Shown here: positions 18,481-30,419 of the stretch, piece by piece
Layout of the letters: each line of letters opens with the position of its first letter
Position numbering within the stretch: position 1 is the stretch's first letter
Assembly: GCA_032718475.1 (NCBI GenBank)
Contig: JAUCBJ010000788.1
Span: 143,188-207,187, forward strand
Reading direction: 5' to 3'
Origin: Nemertoderma westbladi
Lineage: Eukaryota; Animalia; Xenacoelomorpha
Length of the DNA stretch: 64,000 nt
Position numbers and translations under genes: made by a program
Notes under the pieces: generated by a model
Seen by the model: only the letters and a program-made list of their open reading frames with translations
Database searches by the model: none
What the model was told of the DNA's origin: nothing

Positions 18481-20759
18481 GTAGAGTATGGAGAGTTACA
18501 TGCATTCGGGGATGCATCTAAAAAGGCATATGCAGCATGTATTTACTTGTGTTTGCGGAAACCAAATCAAACTAGTGGTTGCAAAGTCTCGTGTCGCACC
18601 TTTGAAGGAACAATCTTCATCGAAGTCTTCATCTAAGCCCCCATCAATGCCCCGTCTAGAACTATTGGCTGCAGTTTTGGCAGCTCGCTTGCTGAACACA
18701 GTTCTTGATTCTTTGCTACCACTGAAACTCACGCCTAAGTTTTTTTGTTGGTCTGACTCTCAAAATGTAATTTGTTGTATTCGCAATACAACCAAGGAGT
18801 TCAAACCATTTATCGAAAATAAGGTCCGCGAAATCCGATCCTTAACTCAACCAAATATTTGGAATCATGTTCCTGGAACTAGTAATACAGCAGATGTGGC
18901 AACTCGTCCAATTTCACACGAAAAATTTCGTGATTGTAGTATGTGGTGGTATGGCCCATCATGGATACTAAACCCAGTTTCTGAATGGCCTTCCACTAAT
19001 AAGATAGAAATACAAGAACAACATCTACTTCAAACAACACTAGTTGTTGCAACAAACGACATTATAGAACCTACAAAACCATAAATTAATTCAGTGATAA
19101 ATTCAGAGAAGTTCAACTCTTACATGAAACTACTTCGCTGTACATGCTATGTAATTCGATTTATTAATAATTTGAAGTCAAAGGTTAAGGGTATAATACT
19201 AAAGAAACATATGGCCCAATAACCACATCTGAAATTCGATCTTTCGAGAAACTTTGGATTCGAGAAAATCAATCTATCGAATTTAAGACTAAACTAATCT
19301 ACATGAAATCAAAAGAAGGGAAACGTCCATCTCTTCTAAATAGTCTAAAGTTATTCTTGGATAAAGATGATATTCTGCGGTATGAAACTCGTCTTCAAAA
19401 TGCTCAATTGAAATATGATCAGATATTTCCTATTATTTTGCCCAAAAATTCACACCTTAGCTCATTAATCATCAGTGATGCTCACAATCAAGTTATTCAT
19501 GGTGGTGTTCAAGATACTCTAATACAACTACGGACACGTTTCTGGATACCACAGGGTAGACAACGTGTTAAGTCAATTTTGCTTCGCTGCGTACCTTGTA
19601 GAAGGATACAAGGATACCCTTACAGACTACCTCAAGTTCCACCCCTGCCTCCATTTCGTGTTGATCAGTCATATCCATTCGCCAATGTTGGAATTGACAT
19701 GGCTGGTCTACTTTATGTAAAGTCAGAAGTGTCTACTGACAGTACGTGGAAGGTTTACATTTGCCTTTATACATGCCCCAGCACAAGAGCAATTCATCTG
19801 AATTTACTTAACAATCTCACAAGTGAAACATTCATAAATTCGTTGAGGCAATTCATAGCTCGAAGAGGAGTCCAAATTCGCAATTTAATGTGGCTTTAGC
19901 CCCATGGTGGGGAGGCCTGTGGGAAAGGCTTGTTCAGTCAACCAAGAAATGTCTCCGCAAAGTCATTGGACGTGCCATTTTGTCATCTGATGATCTGAGA
20001 ACAATCCGTAGAAGTCGAAGGAGTTCTCAATTCAACACCACTTACCTATGTCGACACTGAAGATAACGTTGACATATTAACTCCAACTCATCTTCTTTGT
20101 GGCCGTCGCCTAGGTTCACTACCTGATGAGACTGAAGTATCTGAACAATTGAGTGCAACTCAAAACAGTCGTAGACAATCTTACAAACTACGAAAGAGTT
20201 TGATAGCTCAATTTTGGAAATCTTGGTTAGATGAATATCATTGTTTCATGAAAAGTCAACATTGGACTAACACTAAAGACAACAAATCCAATATCAAGAT
20301 TGGAGATATTGTTATTATACATCAAGCTCAAAACCTCGTGCTTTCTGGAAGTTTGGTCGGATAGCAAAACTTATCCATGGCCGAGATGAGCGTGTCCGTG
20401 CAGCTGATGTCACAGTAGGACTAAAAAAGGTCGGAAACCATATTATACAGCGACCAATAAGTATACTATATCCCCTTGAAGTTCAATCATAAAATGCAGG
20501 TGGATTAGTACTAAAAATGTTGAACTCAGAACCAAATGCACTACCTACTTAGACATGTTTGTTATTAATATTGATTGATATATTTCATAGTTTATACAGT
20601 ATAATTTTAGAATACCATTACATAGTGGAATATAATTATTTTTTGCATATTGTCAAACTCATGTATGAATATTACATATTCATGGTGGGGAGATGTTGGA
20701 GATTTATATTAGCTTTTATAAACATTCTTCCGTAGTTTTTCGAAACATTATAATATCAT

Positions 20760-20790
<31 letters not shown>

Positions 20791-21189
20791 TTGCTTTTGC
20801 CACAAGTAAAATACAATCATGACCGATGGTAATAAATATATACCTGGGACACGGAATTTACACCAATAGCCCCCCCCCCCCCCCCCCTCAATATATTACC
20901 ACGTTATAAACAGTATATTATGTAAATTTGAATTGCTCTATTGTTTTGTACAAATCCCCTGTTCCTGTTATATGTTAACTCTTTTTATGACATTTCTGGA
21001 GAGCATAATATTATAGAAGTTATATGGAAGAATATACTGTATATATATATATATACAGTATATTTAGAAGAATAGTTCTGCAAAGAATTTAATTTACCCA
21101 AACTGTATATTATTTGATAAAGTTACTGATAAATTTATTTTCTGATTACAATGGTGCTTGTTGTTTAATTATCGTTATATTAACTAAGG

Positions 21190-21777
21190 AAATCAAAGGC
21201 ATGGGTAGCTCTATCAAAAATGGATACCATCTGGAAATCAGATCTCTCCAGGCACCTGAAGACTAAAGTTCTTTCGAGCCACAGTGGAAAGGGTACTTTA
21301 TACGGGGGTGAGACCTGGACACTGACTAAATCACTTGAACAACGAATTGATGGTTGCTACACAAGACTACTAAGGGCAGCCCTAAACATCAGCTGGAGAC
21401 AACACATGACAAACGCCGAGCTTTATGGTACAATACTACAGTACATGTATCAACCACCCTCCGTGAACGCAGATTAAGATTCAGTGGGCACTGCTGGCAA
21501 AGTAAAGACGAGGTCATACCAGATCTACTTCTCTGGCAACCAACTCATGGAAAGCGTAGTCGTGGACGACCGGCCATAACATATATAGATCAACTTGAAA
21601 GGGATACTGAACTTGGGAGAAACGAAATTGCGACAACTATGGAGAATCGGGAAGCCTGGAAGGATCTCATTTCCACTGTCCGAGTTCGCTCGACCTAGTA
21701 GTAGTAGTAGAATCGGGAAGCCTGGAAGGATCTCATTTCCACTGTCCGAGTTCGTTCGACCTAAAGTAGTAGTAGTA
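21190..21777 (+). mobile_element. RTE-clade LINE 3' fragment with duplicated 3' end and (TAG)n tail
   Basis: YGGETWTLTK..LLRAALNISW, RRLRFSGHCW, RSRGRP; the last ~65 nt plus TAG repeats occur twice. Confidence 0.85.
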
Positions 21778-22687
21778 CTGTATATTAACTTATGTAATTG
21801 TCGTTATATTAAAATCATTTTACTTTGCAACAGGCCTCTTCAATGGTGACTTCGAAAATGTCGAAGTCTGTTGTGAGTTCTTTGGAAAAGGCACGTTTAA
21901 TGATACAGGTTATTTCGGTTTACAGTTTTGTGTGCGATTAGTTTTTGTTATACTGTACACAACCCCTGACCTAACCTCGAAACATAATGGGCCTATTATA
22001 CGACATTTTTGCGATACTTTCGGCCCACCGGCCTTCCTCAGACTTCAAGACATGAAGCAAAGAAAATAATAAAATGTGTAAAATTATAAATCGAATTCTG
22101 TCTTAAAGGTTGTCAACAAGAATAAAAACTACAGTAAAGTTCATTTTGTTAATTTAGGCATCAGCTTATATTTTTGCCCATAACTTCGCGAGTTTTCATC
22201 GTATCGACCTGATTTTGGGCTTGTTCTGTTTGGGATATGAATATTTTATTCAAATTCACCTAAAATTTTATGATTTTATTAAGTTTTCTCATTCAAAACG
22301 CTGTGAAAAAAATACAACTTTATTAAATTTATGTTTCAACATTCTAGATTTTCCAATCTAATAGAGCAATAATAATTATTCTTGGTTTCAAAAATATATC
22401 AATTTAAGGGTTTTTATGCGGCATTGCAATAATTACGTCTCAAATGCACCCAAATCGTTGTTTTTCTGTAATTATTTTTATAGGAATCGATTAATGTTTA
22501 GTAAGGTGTGATGATATAATTATATCAGATATTTATTGTTTTTTTATTTGGTCTGTTGCTATGGCAACATGGACTGTAATGTCACCCGAATGTGTACAAT
22601 ATGACGGGAAGTATCACCATGCTACAACTGAGCTGTAGTGATATTTTCAAATAATTACAAATATGAAAGCAAATAGTTGAGTAAAGG

Positions 22688-22862
22688 CAGAGGCGTAGCG
22701 ACCGCGTCTGGCGCCCAGGGGAATGAAGCTGAGATGGCGCCCCCCTGTATCACAGTATCACCTGTATCACAATCCCTGACTTTTCACTGATTTGTCTTAT
22801 TTTTACAAGAATACCCTGGTGAGTGCGCCCGGGGGAACATTCCCCCCCTCGCTACGCCTCTG
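22688..22862. mobile_element. hAT-type MITE
   Basis: TIR CAGAGGCGTAGCGA / TCGCTACGCCTCTG with 8-bp TSD AGTAAAGG. Confidence 0.9.
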
Positions 22863-23599
22863 AGTAAAGGACACGAATTCTCCACTTAAACTTACTATTT
22901 TGATACTTGCGTAAATTACTCGGGTCCAAATAAATTGGCCTGTGTCTGCGACATTGGACGCTATTTGATTTTATATTGCCTTAATGTGTTTCCAAGATGT
23001 TATATAAGTTGTGTGATGGAATTGTGGTGGAGTTGTGTGAAACATTTGAAGCCCAAAAAAAGGCATTAAATCAAAAATGCAGAGGTGGCATCCAGCCTAG
23101 CTGGATTCGCCATGTCTTGAAGTACAAAAATCAGGTGGATGCCAACCATTAACAAAAAATGCCATCTAAACTTAATTTTAGGAGGTTGGCATGTAGACTA
23201 TTAATATTAATTACTTCCACTTTTAAACTAATGAATGTGAATAACCCGAGAATATTGGATGATCAATAGGAAGCATGTGGATAAATATATAACTATTATA
23301 ATAATCTTAAACAATGAGTTTAATAGATGCCACAGCACTATTCGTGCTGTTTATTATAATATATATAACTGCACAGGGCACCTGATACATGGGGGATACA
23401 ATATGGAACTCCAAAAACACATTTACAGTTGGGAACTCCAGCGCCGAAAAAAATAATGATTGTCTAAATGGTTGTAAAGTAAGGATAACAGTGATTGTAT
23501 TATTATATTAATTTACAGAAATTGAAAAGATATAGAAAATAAAATATATATGGGAAAATAGATAGATTTTTTATTTCAAGTCTGGACTGAGATAAAAGT

Positions 23600-24400
23600 A
23601 GTTTACGAAATTTGTATTCGGTCGGGATTATGTGGAAGTACCCATTTTGTTCTAAGTTCTCTGTAAGCCGGACATATCAATAAAAAATGTAGTTCATCTT
23701 CGATTGCCCCTGAATTACAAACCCAACACCAAGATCTCAAAACCCGACACAAAGATCTCCAAACCCGACAACAAGATCTCCAACACCGACCAAGATCTCT
23801 CCGAAGCCGCTTGTTGTTCACACCGTCGCGTCCAACCTCAATCTGCAAACCGTGACTAGTACACCAAGCGAGCAAGGGCCAACTTTAAAGGCCATGATAC
23901 ACCACAGGAGCGGCGAGCGGCAGCGGCGAGCGGCCGCGGCAAGCGGACACTTTTAAAAATAGAACACATAAATATTTTCTATGGGTGATGATACACCACA
24001 AATGGCTGCTGCCGCTCGCCGCTCCTATAGTGTATCATACTAAAAGTCGCCGCTCACATCATATAGAGAAAAAAGTGCCTTCTTTGCTTTCATTGCCAGC
24101 GCCTTCTGCGCTACAACAAAATTTCCGGAGGAGGGATAACTCATCCCTAGATATGTGTATGAAGTTACAACTTTTTAAGTTTAACCCTTGTACTGTAAGT
24201 CCACTTATCAGCTACTGAAGTGGAATCACCTCTTCGGAAAATTACGATATTAGTTTTATCTAATTTGACTGTCAGCGCCCGGTAGTCAGCATAGTGTCCG
24301 AGTGTATCAAAAGCATATTGTAGACTCTCTCTGGGTATTGCAACCAAGACAACGTCGTCAGCGTATAAAGATTTTTCTAAAATGACCCCCCCCCCCTCCC
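23600..24400 (-). mobile_element. Degenerate LINE RT and C-terminal fragments, interrupted by a small palindromic element (about 23890-24040)
   Basis: LYADDVVL..KTNIVIFRRG and HGLQIEVGR..CWVCNSGAIEDELHFLLICPAY. Confidence 0.7.
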
Positions 24401-24534
24401 CGGACCAGATAGTTTTAAAACCATAAGTACTGGTAAATGACCCAGTGTCCTGTACCATATGTAATATTGAATTATTAATCAAGAATATATAAATAATTGC
24501 AACATAATTTTATCCACTGTATTATAATTATACT

Positions 24535-24612
24535 TTGAGATACTTTATATCAACAATCGCTTTGTTTTTAATAAAACTTTATAGAGATTGTATCATTAAC
24601 GCAACAAAAGAA
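24535..24612 (-). promoter_or_regulatory. SECIS element (type II-like) in the deiodinase 3' UTR
   Basis: Minus strand ATGA-T-ACAATCTCTAT-AAA-GTTTT-ATTA-AAAAC-AAAGCGATTGT-TGAT: AUGA/GA core, helix II, unpaired AAA and an apical ministem, about 80 nt after the stop. Confidence 0.85.
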
Positions 24613-24678
24613 ATATAATTATTTCAGTGAATGAAATTATAACATACAAATAAAGTCACTAAGTAGATAACTGATCGA

Positions 24679-27600
24679 TCATTGGATCTTCTGTTGTGTG
24701 ACGTAATTCGCCAACCAATCAGACACTTCCTGGGGTCTATAATAGTGAGGCCCAATACCTCCTTCGTAGACACAGATTCCGTTTTGGATAATGAATAGTC
24801 TTTCATTGGCTGCGCCGAAAGCCTAAAATGTGTAAAGTAAATAAGTAAATTAAAGTATAAAAGATGGATAACAAAAAGTTGATAAATGTATGATTATACA
24901 ATGTGATGTTTTGATATCTTGATATTCAAAAAACAATTGAATATTTTTTATTTATTTTCATGCTATATAAAATATGAATTCTCAAATATTGGAAGCTTTT
25001 AAATATGTATTTTGTATCATTTGACAGCATTACAATTATTATTAAAAACATTAAAATTTTATTAAAAACATTAAAATTTTGACAGTAAAAAAAACAATAA
25101 AATATTAATTGCAATTGAAAAAAAATCGATGTTTCTAAAACTAAATTTCAATGAAAACTTGCAGAATTTTGAAAATATTCCAATTAAAAGAAAATAAATA
25201 ACTATTTACATCATCGTATGCAAAGTAGCACTTTGCAGCGTTATGACCCTAGTTTATTTATGTACCGAGCGAGAGCAGCGAGGGGGGGTTTACATAAATA
25301 AACAGGGGCTTTATTAACGCTGAAAAGTGACCTTTGCAAGCAATGATGTATGTAATTTTGTTACATTCATGTCAACTTATCAGCGTTCGGTATGTGAAGA
25401 AAGGATTTTATGGATGCTCTTTTATACATTTTAATCATGTACTATATCGAATATAAGTGAAAGTTATTAACAGACACACAGTATTAATTATACATTTAAA
25501 TCTAATTAAAGTTCATTGTTGATATCTCCTGCATGGATGTGATAATCATTAATCCATCTTGTAATGATAATTAAAGGTTGCAGACGACATACTGACTAAC
25601 AGGGGGATTGTATGTATATTTATAAAAATAAATAAACAGGTAACAATAGAGTCTTACACCCCCGCAAACATTATAGCCCAAAAGATTATTCATCCACTAG
25701 GGCCACCAAAAACCTCAAACAACACAAACAAAAAAACGTCATAAACAAAAGCAAATATATTAAATCTGCTCAACATACAGGTATGTGTCGCACCCTAACC
25801 CTAACCTAACCGCCATACAGTAAATGATACCGGTATTGACTCTATTGTTACCTGTTTATTTATAATTTATATACATACAATACCCCTCTGTTAGTCAGTA
25901 TGTCGCGCAAAACCTTTAATTACACTTCATGAAGGAGAGCAGAATTTACGAGATCGCTGCAAGTTATAAAATCTAATGTTTCGTACTGCGTGTGTCTGTC
26001 CTTAGCTACATACCAGTTTTCCATTGGGTAATAGATTCACTTACCATATTGGTTTCATTGTTCTGCGGTCTGATGTCTGTTTGGGAGAGTGGTAACAGAT
26101 TTTGGTGCGATTATAGTAGGTCATTATCGGTGCAATATAAATAGGCCTTGGGTAATCCTTTGTCCAGCTGATGAGGTGTCGAGATTACCGCGTGTTATTA
26201 AGTAACTAGTACTAGTAATTATTAATTGCCCTAGTTCTACCCCTTTTACGCCGACACAATGTTATATATTTTCTTATAGAATATAGGCTAAGTTTTTGTG
26301 CAGTTATTAACGGTATCATTTAGTGCATGGCGGTTAGGCTTAGGGTGCGAGACATACGTAATATATTTGTTTTTTGTGTTTTGTTTATGTCGTTTTTTTT
26401 GTTTGTATTTTTGAGGTTTTTGATGGCCCTAGCGGCTGAATATTATTTTGGGCTTTAATGTCCTAATTCTATGTTTTTTTGTTAGTTTGCGGGGGTCTAA
26501 GACTTTTTTATTTAGACTTTTTTTTTATTTTGTTTATTTATTTTTATATTAATCCATCTTGACTATAGTCGACTGAAGCAAACTGAATCATGGTCATCTG
26601 TCGCCATTTTCTTTGCCCACTACATATCTCTAAAGTGTCGTCTATTGGACGTCTCGACATAATGGATTACAGTACATATGTTAAACAATTATTTACATAC
26701 AGTAATTAGCTAGTATCGTCACTGCAAACTGGATAATAAAGCAGCACGCATTAATATAAATGGAAATAATACATTCTGGAATACGGTAATTGAAGTTGTT
26801 TCCATGTTATTGATTACTTTGCAGCGTTCCGTCATATAGGCCGCAACGCGGCAAAGTAGTACTTTGCAGCGTTACGAGTAATTCACCAGAATGCTGTTAA
26901 GTTGACATAATGTAACAATAATACTCTATTAACTTACTATACTCATGGCGTCATTAATATCGTCAGCGACTACAGGAAATGTTTCCCACGTATCGGGATC
27001 TAGACTAATGAAATACTCTGCGGCTAGAACTCTATCCTCTAAGGATTTATGTTCTGGAATCTTCGAGAAACCTTGGATATTCCATCTGTTAGTAGCGTGG
27101 GCTTCCTGTGAAGTATTAAACATTGTAAACAGTAGGTTGAGGGGAGAGCCACGTTGTTGGGCATGGAAACAAGGACCGACGCACTATTACTTGTCCATTT
27201 CCAGTATAACCACCACAATGTCATACGAACACATTGAATGAGAACTGCCCTCCAAATCTCTTAATTTAAAACAATGATAAGTTATTAACTACTGGAGTAG
27301 GGCTGTCCAGACAACAGAACTACTATATTTATTAACAATTTATTTCTTAAGTAAAAAATAACAAAATTTCAACAACATTATCCAACTCATAATTATTTAT
27401 GATAATTATTAATTATTATCCCACGCTGTTTATTTTATAATTCGAAACAGAGCTACTTTTAAAGAGCAGTGTACGGGGAGGTACTGTAGGTACCTAAATC
27501 TAGATTCCTCTCTAAATTAGTCAATCTTATCTCTATTATTAGTTGTTGCTATTACCAACCTGAATATAAATACAGATAAAGTCTGCCACACCCCTGTAGC

Positions 27601-28033
27601 TCCTCTCAATTACTTTCAGTTTCTCCAAGGAGTACATGAACGGGGGTCATGTGCAACTACCGAATGCAATCACTAGAGGGCGACCCGACCTCATAAAATC
27701 GAAGAGAGACGTTCTGATTGGCTGTTGCTCGGAAACGGGATTGACCGGGAAGTTTTCTACTAGGGAACCGAGATAAACAGTCTTCTGCAGGTCAAATATT
27801 TTTTCAATATAAACTCGTTTCACGGTGTGCCAGTTAATACTCGTATTGATCAACGTGTTGATTTTGTCTCCACGTTTCTCTAACTGGGTTTCAATATGAT
27901 TCCTTATTGATTCGCCAATAGAGTTGGGTGTATAAGGAATCAGTTTGTAGCCAACCTGTAAGACCGCCATCATAAATATAAAAAACATAGATCGAAGAGC
28001 TGTAACAATCCTCACATACAGACTGACTCGCAT
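24679..28033 (-). CDS. DIO: Iodothyronine deiodinase, selenoprotein, 261 aa; exons 28033-27560, 27105-26938, 24822-24679
   Basis: RPLVIAFGSCT-TGA(Sec, 27647-27649)-PPF; DFICIYIQ|EAH; VVADDINDAMSI|AFGAANERLFIIQNG..YEGGIGP..EVSDWL. Both introns are GT-AG phase 0; N-terminal hydrophobic segment; SECIS downstream. Confidence 0.95.
25575..25915. mobile_element. TTAA-flanked MITE (Kolobok-like) in deiodinase intron 2
   Basis: About 80-bp imperfect TIRs (AGGTTG..GACATACTGACTAACAG / CTGTTAGTCAGTATGTC..AACCT) with TTAA on both sides. A partial inverted copy of the interior lies at about 26310-26505. Confidence 0.75.
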
Positions 28034-28291
28034 CGTCGGTTTTATTAATGTGTATTTGTCGAGAAAAAAATAAAAACACTCTACTTATAAACTATTTTAA
28101 GCTTTCAGGTTGTTTTTACTGAGGTAAATACGGAAGTGGGTCCGTGGTAGTTGAGAGAAGGTATCAGACTAGGGATGTCAGATGTTGGCACATTCTGTAT
28201 TAATTAAGTGTAATTAAGCTAAATACAAAAGCACTGTTAACCTTTCAAACGCATTAATTGTAATGGTTACTAAATCAACTAATATAATATA

Positions 28292-29114
28292 CACCATACC
28301 CGTAATATAGTGTCCTTTTCTGATGACAAAGACCCCCCCCCCCCCCAAATTTTTCTACAAATCTTTATCATATTGCTTGAAATTTGAAACACAACTAGTT
28401 CAACTCACCGTGGTTGTTACCATGAAGACGTAATTTTCGATTTCGCCTTTAAATTTTATTTATAAGCGTTGTAATAAAGTGTCTTTTGCGAAAACGCACC
28501 CTCTGTATCATTGCCATTCTTCACTTTAGTCGTAATTTTTTTCACATCAATAGAAAGCTTGCGTTGAAAGGATTCCAAATATGTAACAATATCTGAATTT
28601 CGTTGAGAAACAGCTGAGAAATAGGCGTTTAAAGATTGCCAGAATTATTGTTCGCTGCAAGCCATTTATTCTATTTAATAAATACACAAATTTCTAGAAC
28701 GAGTTATTTATTTTATGAGTTGGTAGGCAACAGCGGAATGCCTATACGATATCTATATTGCATAGCTAATCATACATAAACAAATTGTTCCAGATTATTG
28801 TGTATTTGTTATGTTTTTTTATTATTATTATATTTATTATATTTGTTATTTGTTATTAATATTGTGTGAAGAATGGCAATGATACAGAGGGTGCGATTTC
28901 GCAAAAGACACTTTTTTAAAACGCTTATAAATAAAATTTAAAGGCGAAATCGAAAATTCCGGCTTCATGGTAACAACCACGGTGAGTTGAACTAGTTGTG
29001 TTTCAAATTTCAAGCACTTTGATAAAGATTGGTAGAAACATTTGGGGGGGGGGGGGGGGGGGGGGGGTCCGTGTCTTCAGATAATGACACTACTGTATAT
29101 TACGGGTCATGGTG
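28292..29114. mobile_element. Foldback MITE with ~230-bp TIRs, TA flanks
   Basis: TA-CACCAT..ATGGTG-TA; 28292-28522 is an inverted copy of about 28870-29114. A related right end lies at about 55000-55386. Confidence 0.85.
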
Positions 29115-29409
29115 TATAATTTCTCCACTAATATATATTAATTATCACTAAAATGTATTTCTCATAATAAAAAGAATAACTGTAACCAGTGCTATTGAAC
29201 TGAGTTTTTTGTTTTGGTTAGAATAATGTGCCACCAGTTACATGCCCGTTTCCATTACTTGGAGATATTCAATAGATTTTAGTGAAGAATATTATTATTT
29301 AGTGAAAACTTAGGCCTAATGACTTTTTCCTGTCAAAATATAGTGAAAAATGACTATTTTTAGAAGAACGATATATGAATGGCATTTTGAAATGAGGTTT
29401 AATCAATCC

Positions 29410-29647
29410 TAGATTAAGCAAGCAAACAGTCGGCCGAAGCCGGAGGCGACCCGAAGGCTCCTCTTTCGATAGCTGCTACCCGATGGTAGGGGTGGGCGCT
29501 ACTCCTATCCCAAGATTTGCTCCCAGTTATTTAACTGGTACTCATTTTATCGACCCCAGTGGATGAAAGGCTGAGTGGACCCTGGCGGGGCTGAACTTAG
29601 AACCATTAGATTGCAGGCCCGGCGCTCAACCAACTGAGGTACCCGCC
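29410..29647 (-). mobile_element. tRNA-derived SINE with Deu/Nin-type central domain
   Basis: tRNA-like head (CCTCAGTTGGTTGAGCG..GTTCAGCCCC) followed by CTCAGCCTTTCATCC..GGGGTCGATAAAATGAGTACCAG. Confidence 0.75.
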
Positions 29648-30128
29648 TTCTGGATTACATCCTGGATTACATACACATTAAACACAAATGCTTCTGTTTT
29701 ATCGAAAACTAAACTTTAAACGCCGATACAGGATGTGTAACCTGCTCCTCTCCTATAAGCCTACGCTGTAATAGAACAAAAATAAAATAAAAACAAAATC
29801 ACGTTTTTTGTGTGACCATTCTACAAAAAAGCGAATCAGCAATCCACTCACATTGCCCGAAACCTATCAAGGGCAAACGCGGGAGTTTAGGCTTTAGGGG
29901 CGCTGTTTGACCTCCGTTGGGGTTTATTATCGAGGATTCCACCATTTCGTTGTGTCTATAGGTCGCCATTTTTGCATTAACCCACATCCTGCCGTATCCC
30001 ACTGGAGGTTTCAGTCCATCAGATACAACAATAGGCCTATTCAAGTTTATTTACAGCCAGAAAATCGCCGTGCAGCCACTAATTTGTCCTTTACCTCTCA
30101 CACAGTCACAGGCTGAGATTATGGTAGC

Positions 30129-30407
30129 ACGAACTTAGTTCCAATCGCACATATTCAAATGCGAACTTGGTTCCAATTGAAACGAATGTAGTTCCAAAAT
30201 AAATTTACAAAGCGAACTTAGTTCCAATCGAGGCGAACTAAGTTCCAATCCCAGAATATCAAAACCCACTTAGTTCCAATGGATGCGAATTTAGTTCCAA
30301 TGCATGCGAGTTTAGTTCCAATGGAAGCGAATTTAGTTCCAATGCATGCGAATTTAGTTCCAATGGAAGCGAATTTATTTCCAATCGGTACGAACTTAGT
30401 TCCAATG
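30129..30407 (+). repeat. Tandem/interspersed ~21-bp repeat (GCGAAYTTAGTTCCAAT core)
   Basis: About 12 copies of the core; cut off where the CRE element begins. Confidence 0.85.
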
Positions 30408-30419
30408 TTTCATGCGATT

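Larger units (their letters stand above)
13636..20693 (+). mobile_element. Older degenerate BEL/Pao element (pol pseudogene) interrupted by three insertions; PPT at about 20684-20693, probable 3' LTR starting TG at 20694
   Basis: VLIGAD, ADIEKAFLMV, RVPFGL, TKRSIL..FDP, LHAFGDAS, MPRLELLAA, WSDS, HGG..CVPC, GIDMAG, RAIHL and PWWGGLWERLV, with many stops and frameshifts; GGTGGGGAGA-TG at the end. Confidence 0.92.

Noticed and set aside
16448-18517. 689-aa ORF as a host membrane protein
   Set aside because: Its start codon lies in the flanking BEL sequence and the body is a LINE endonuclease ORF.
29575-29647. tRNA gene (also the B-box strings at about 47404 and 52411)
   Set aside because: SINE heads: degenerate cloverleaf followed by SINE body sequence.
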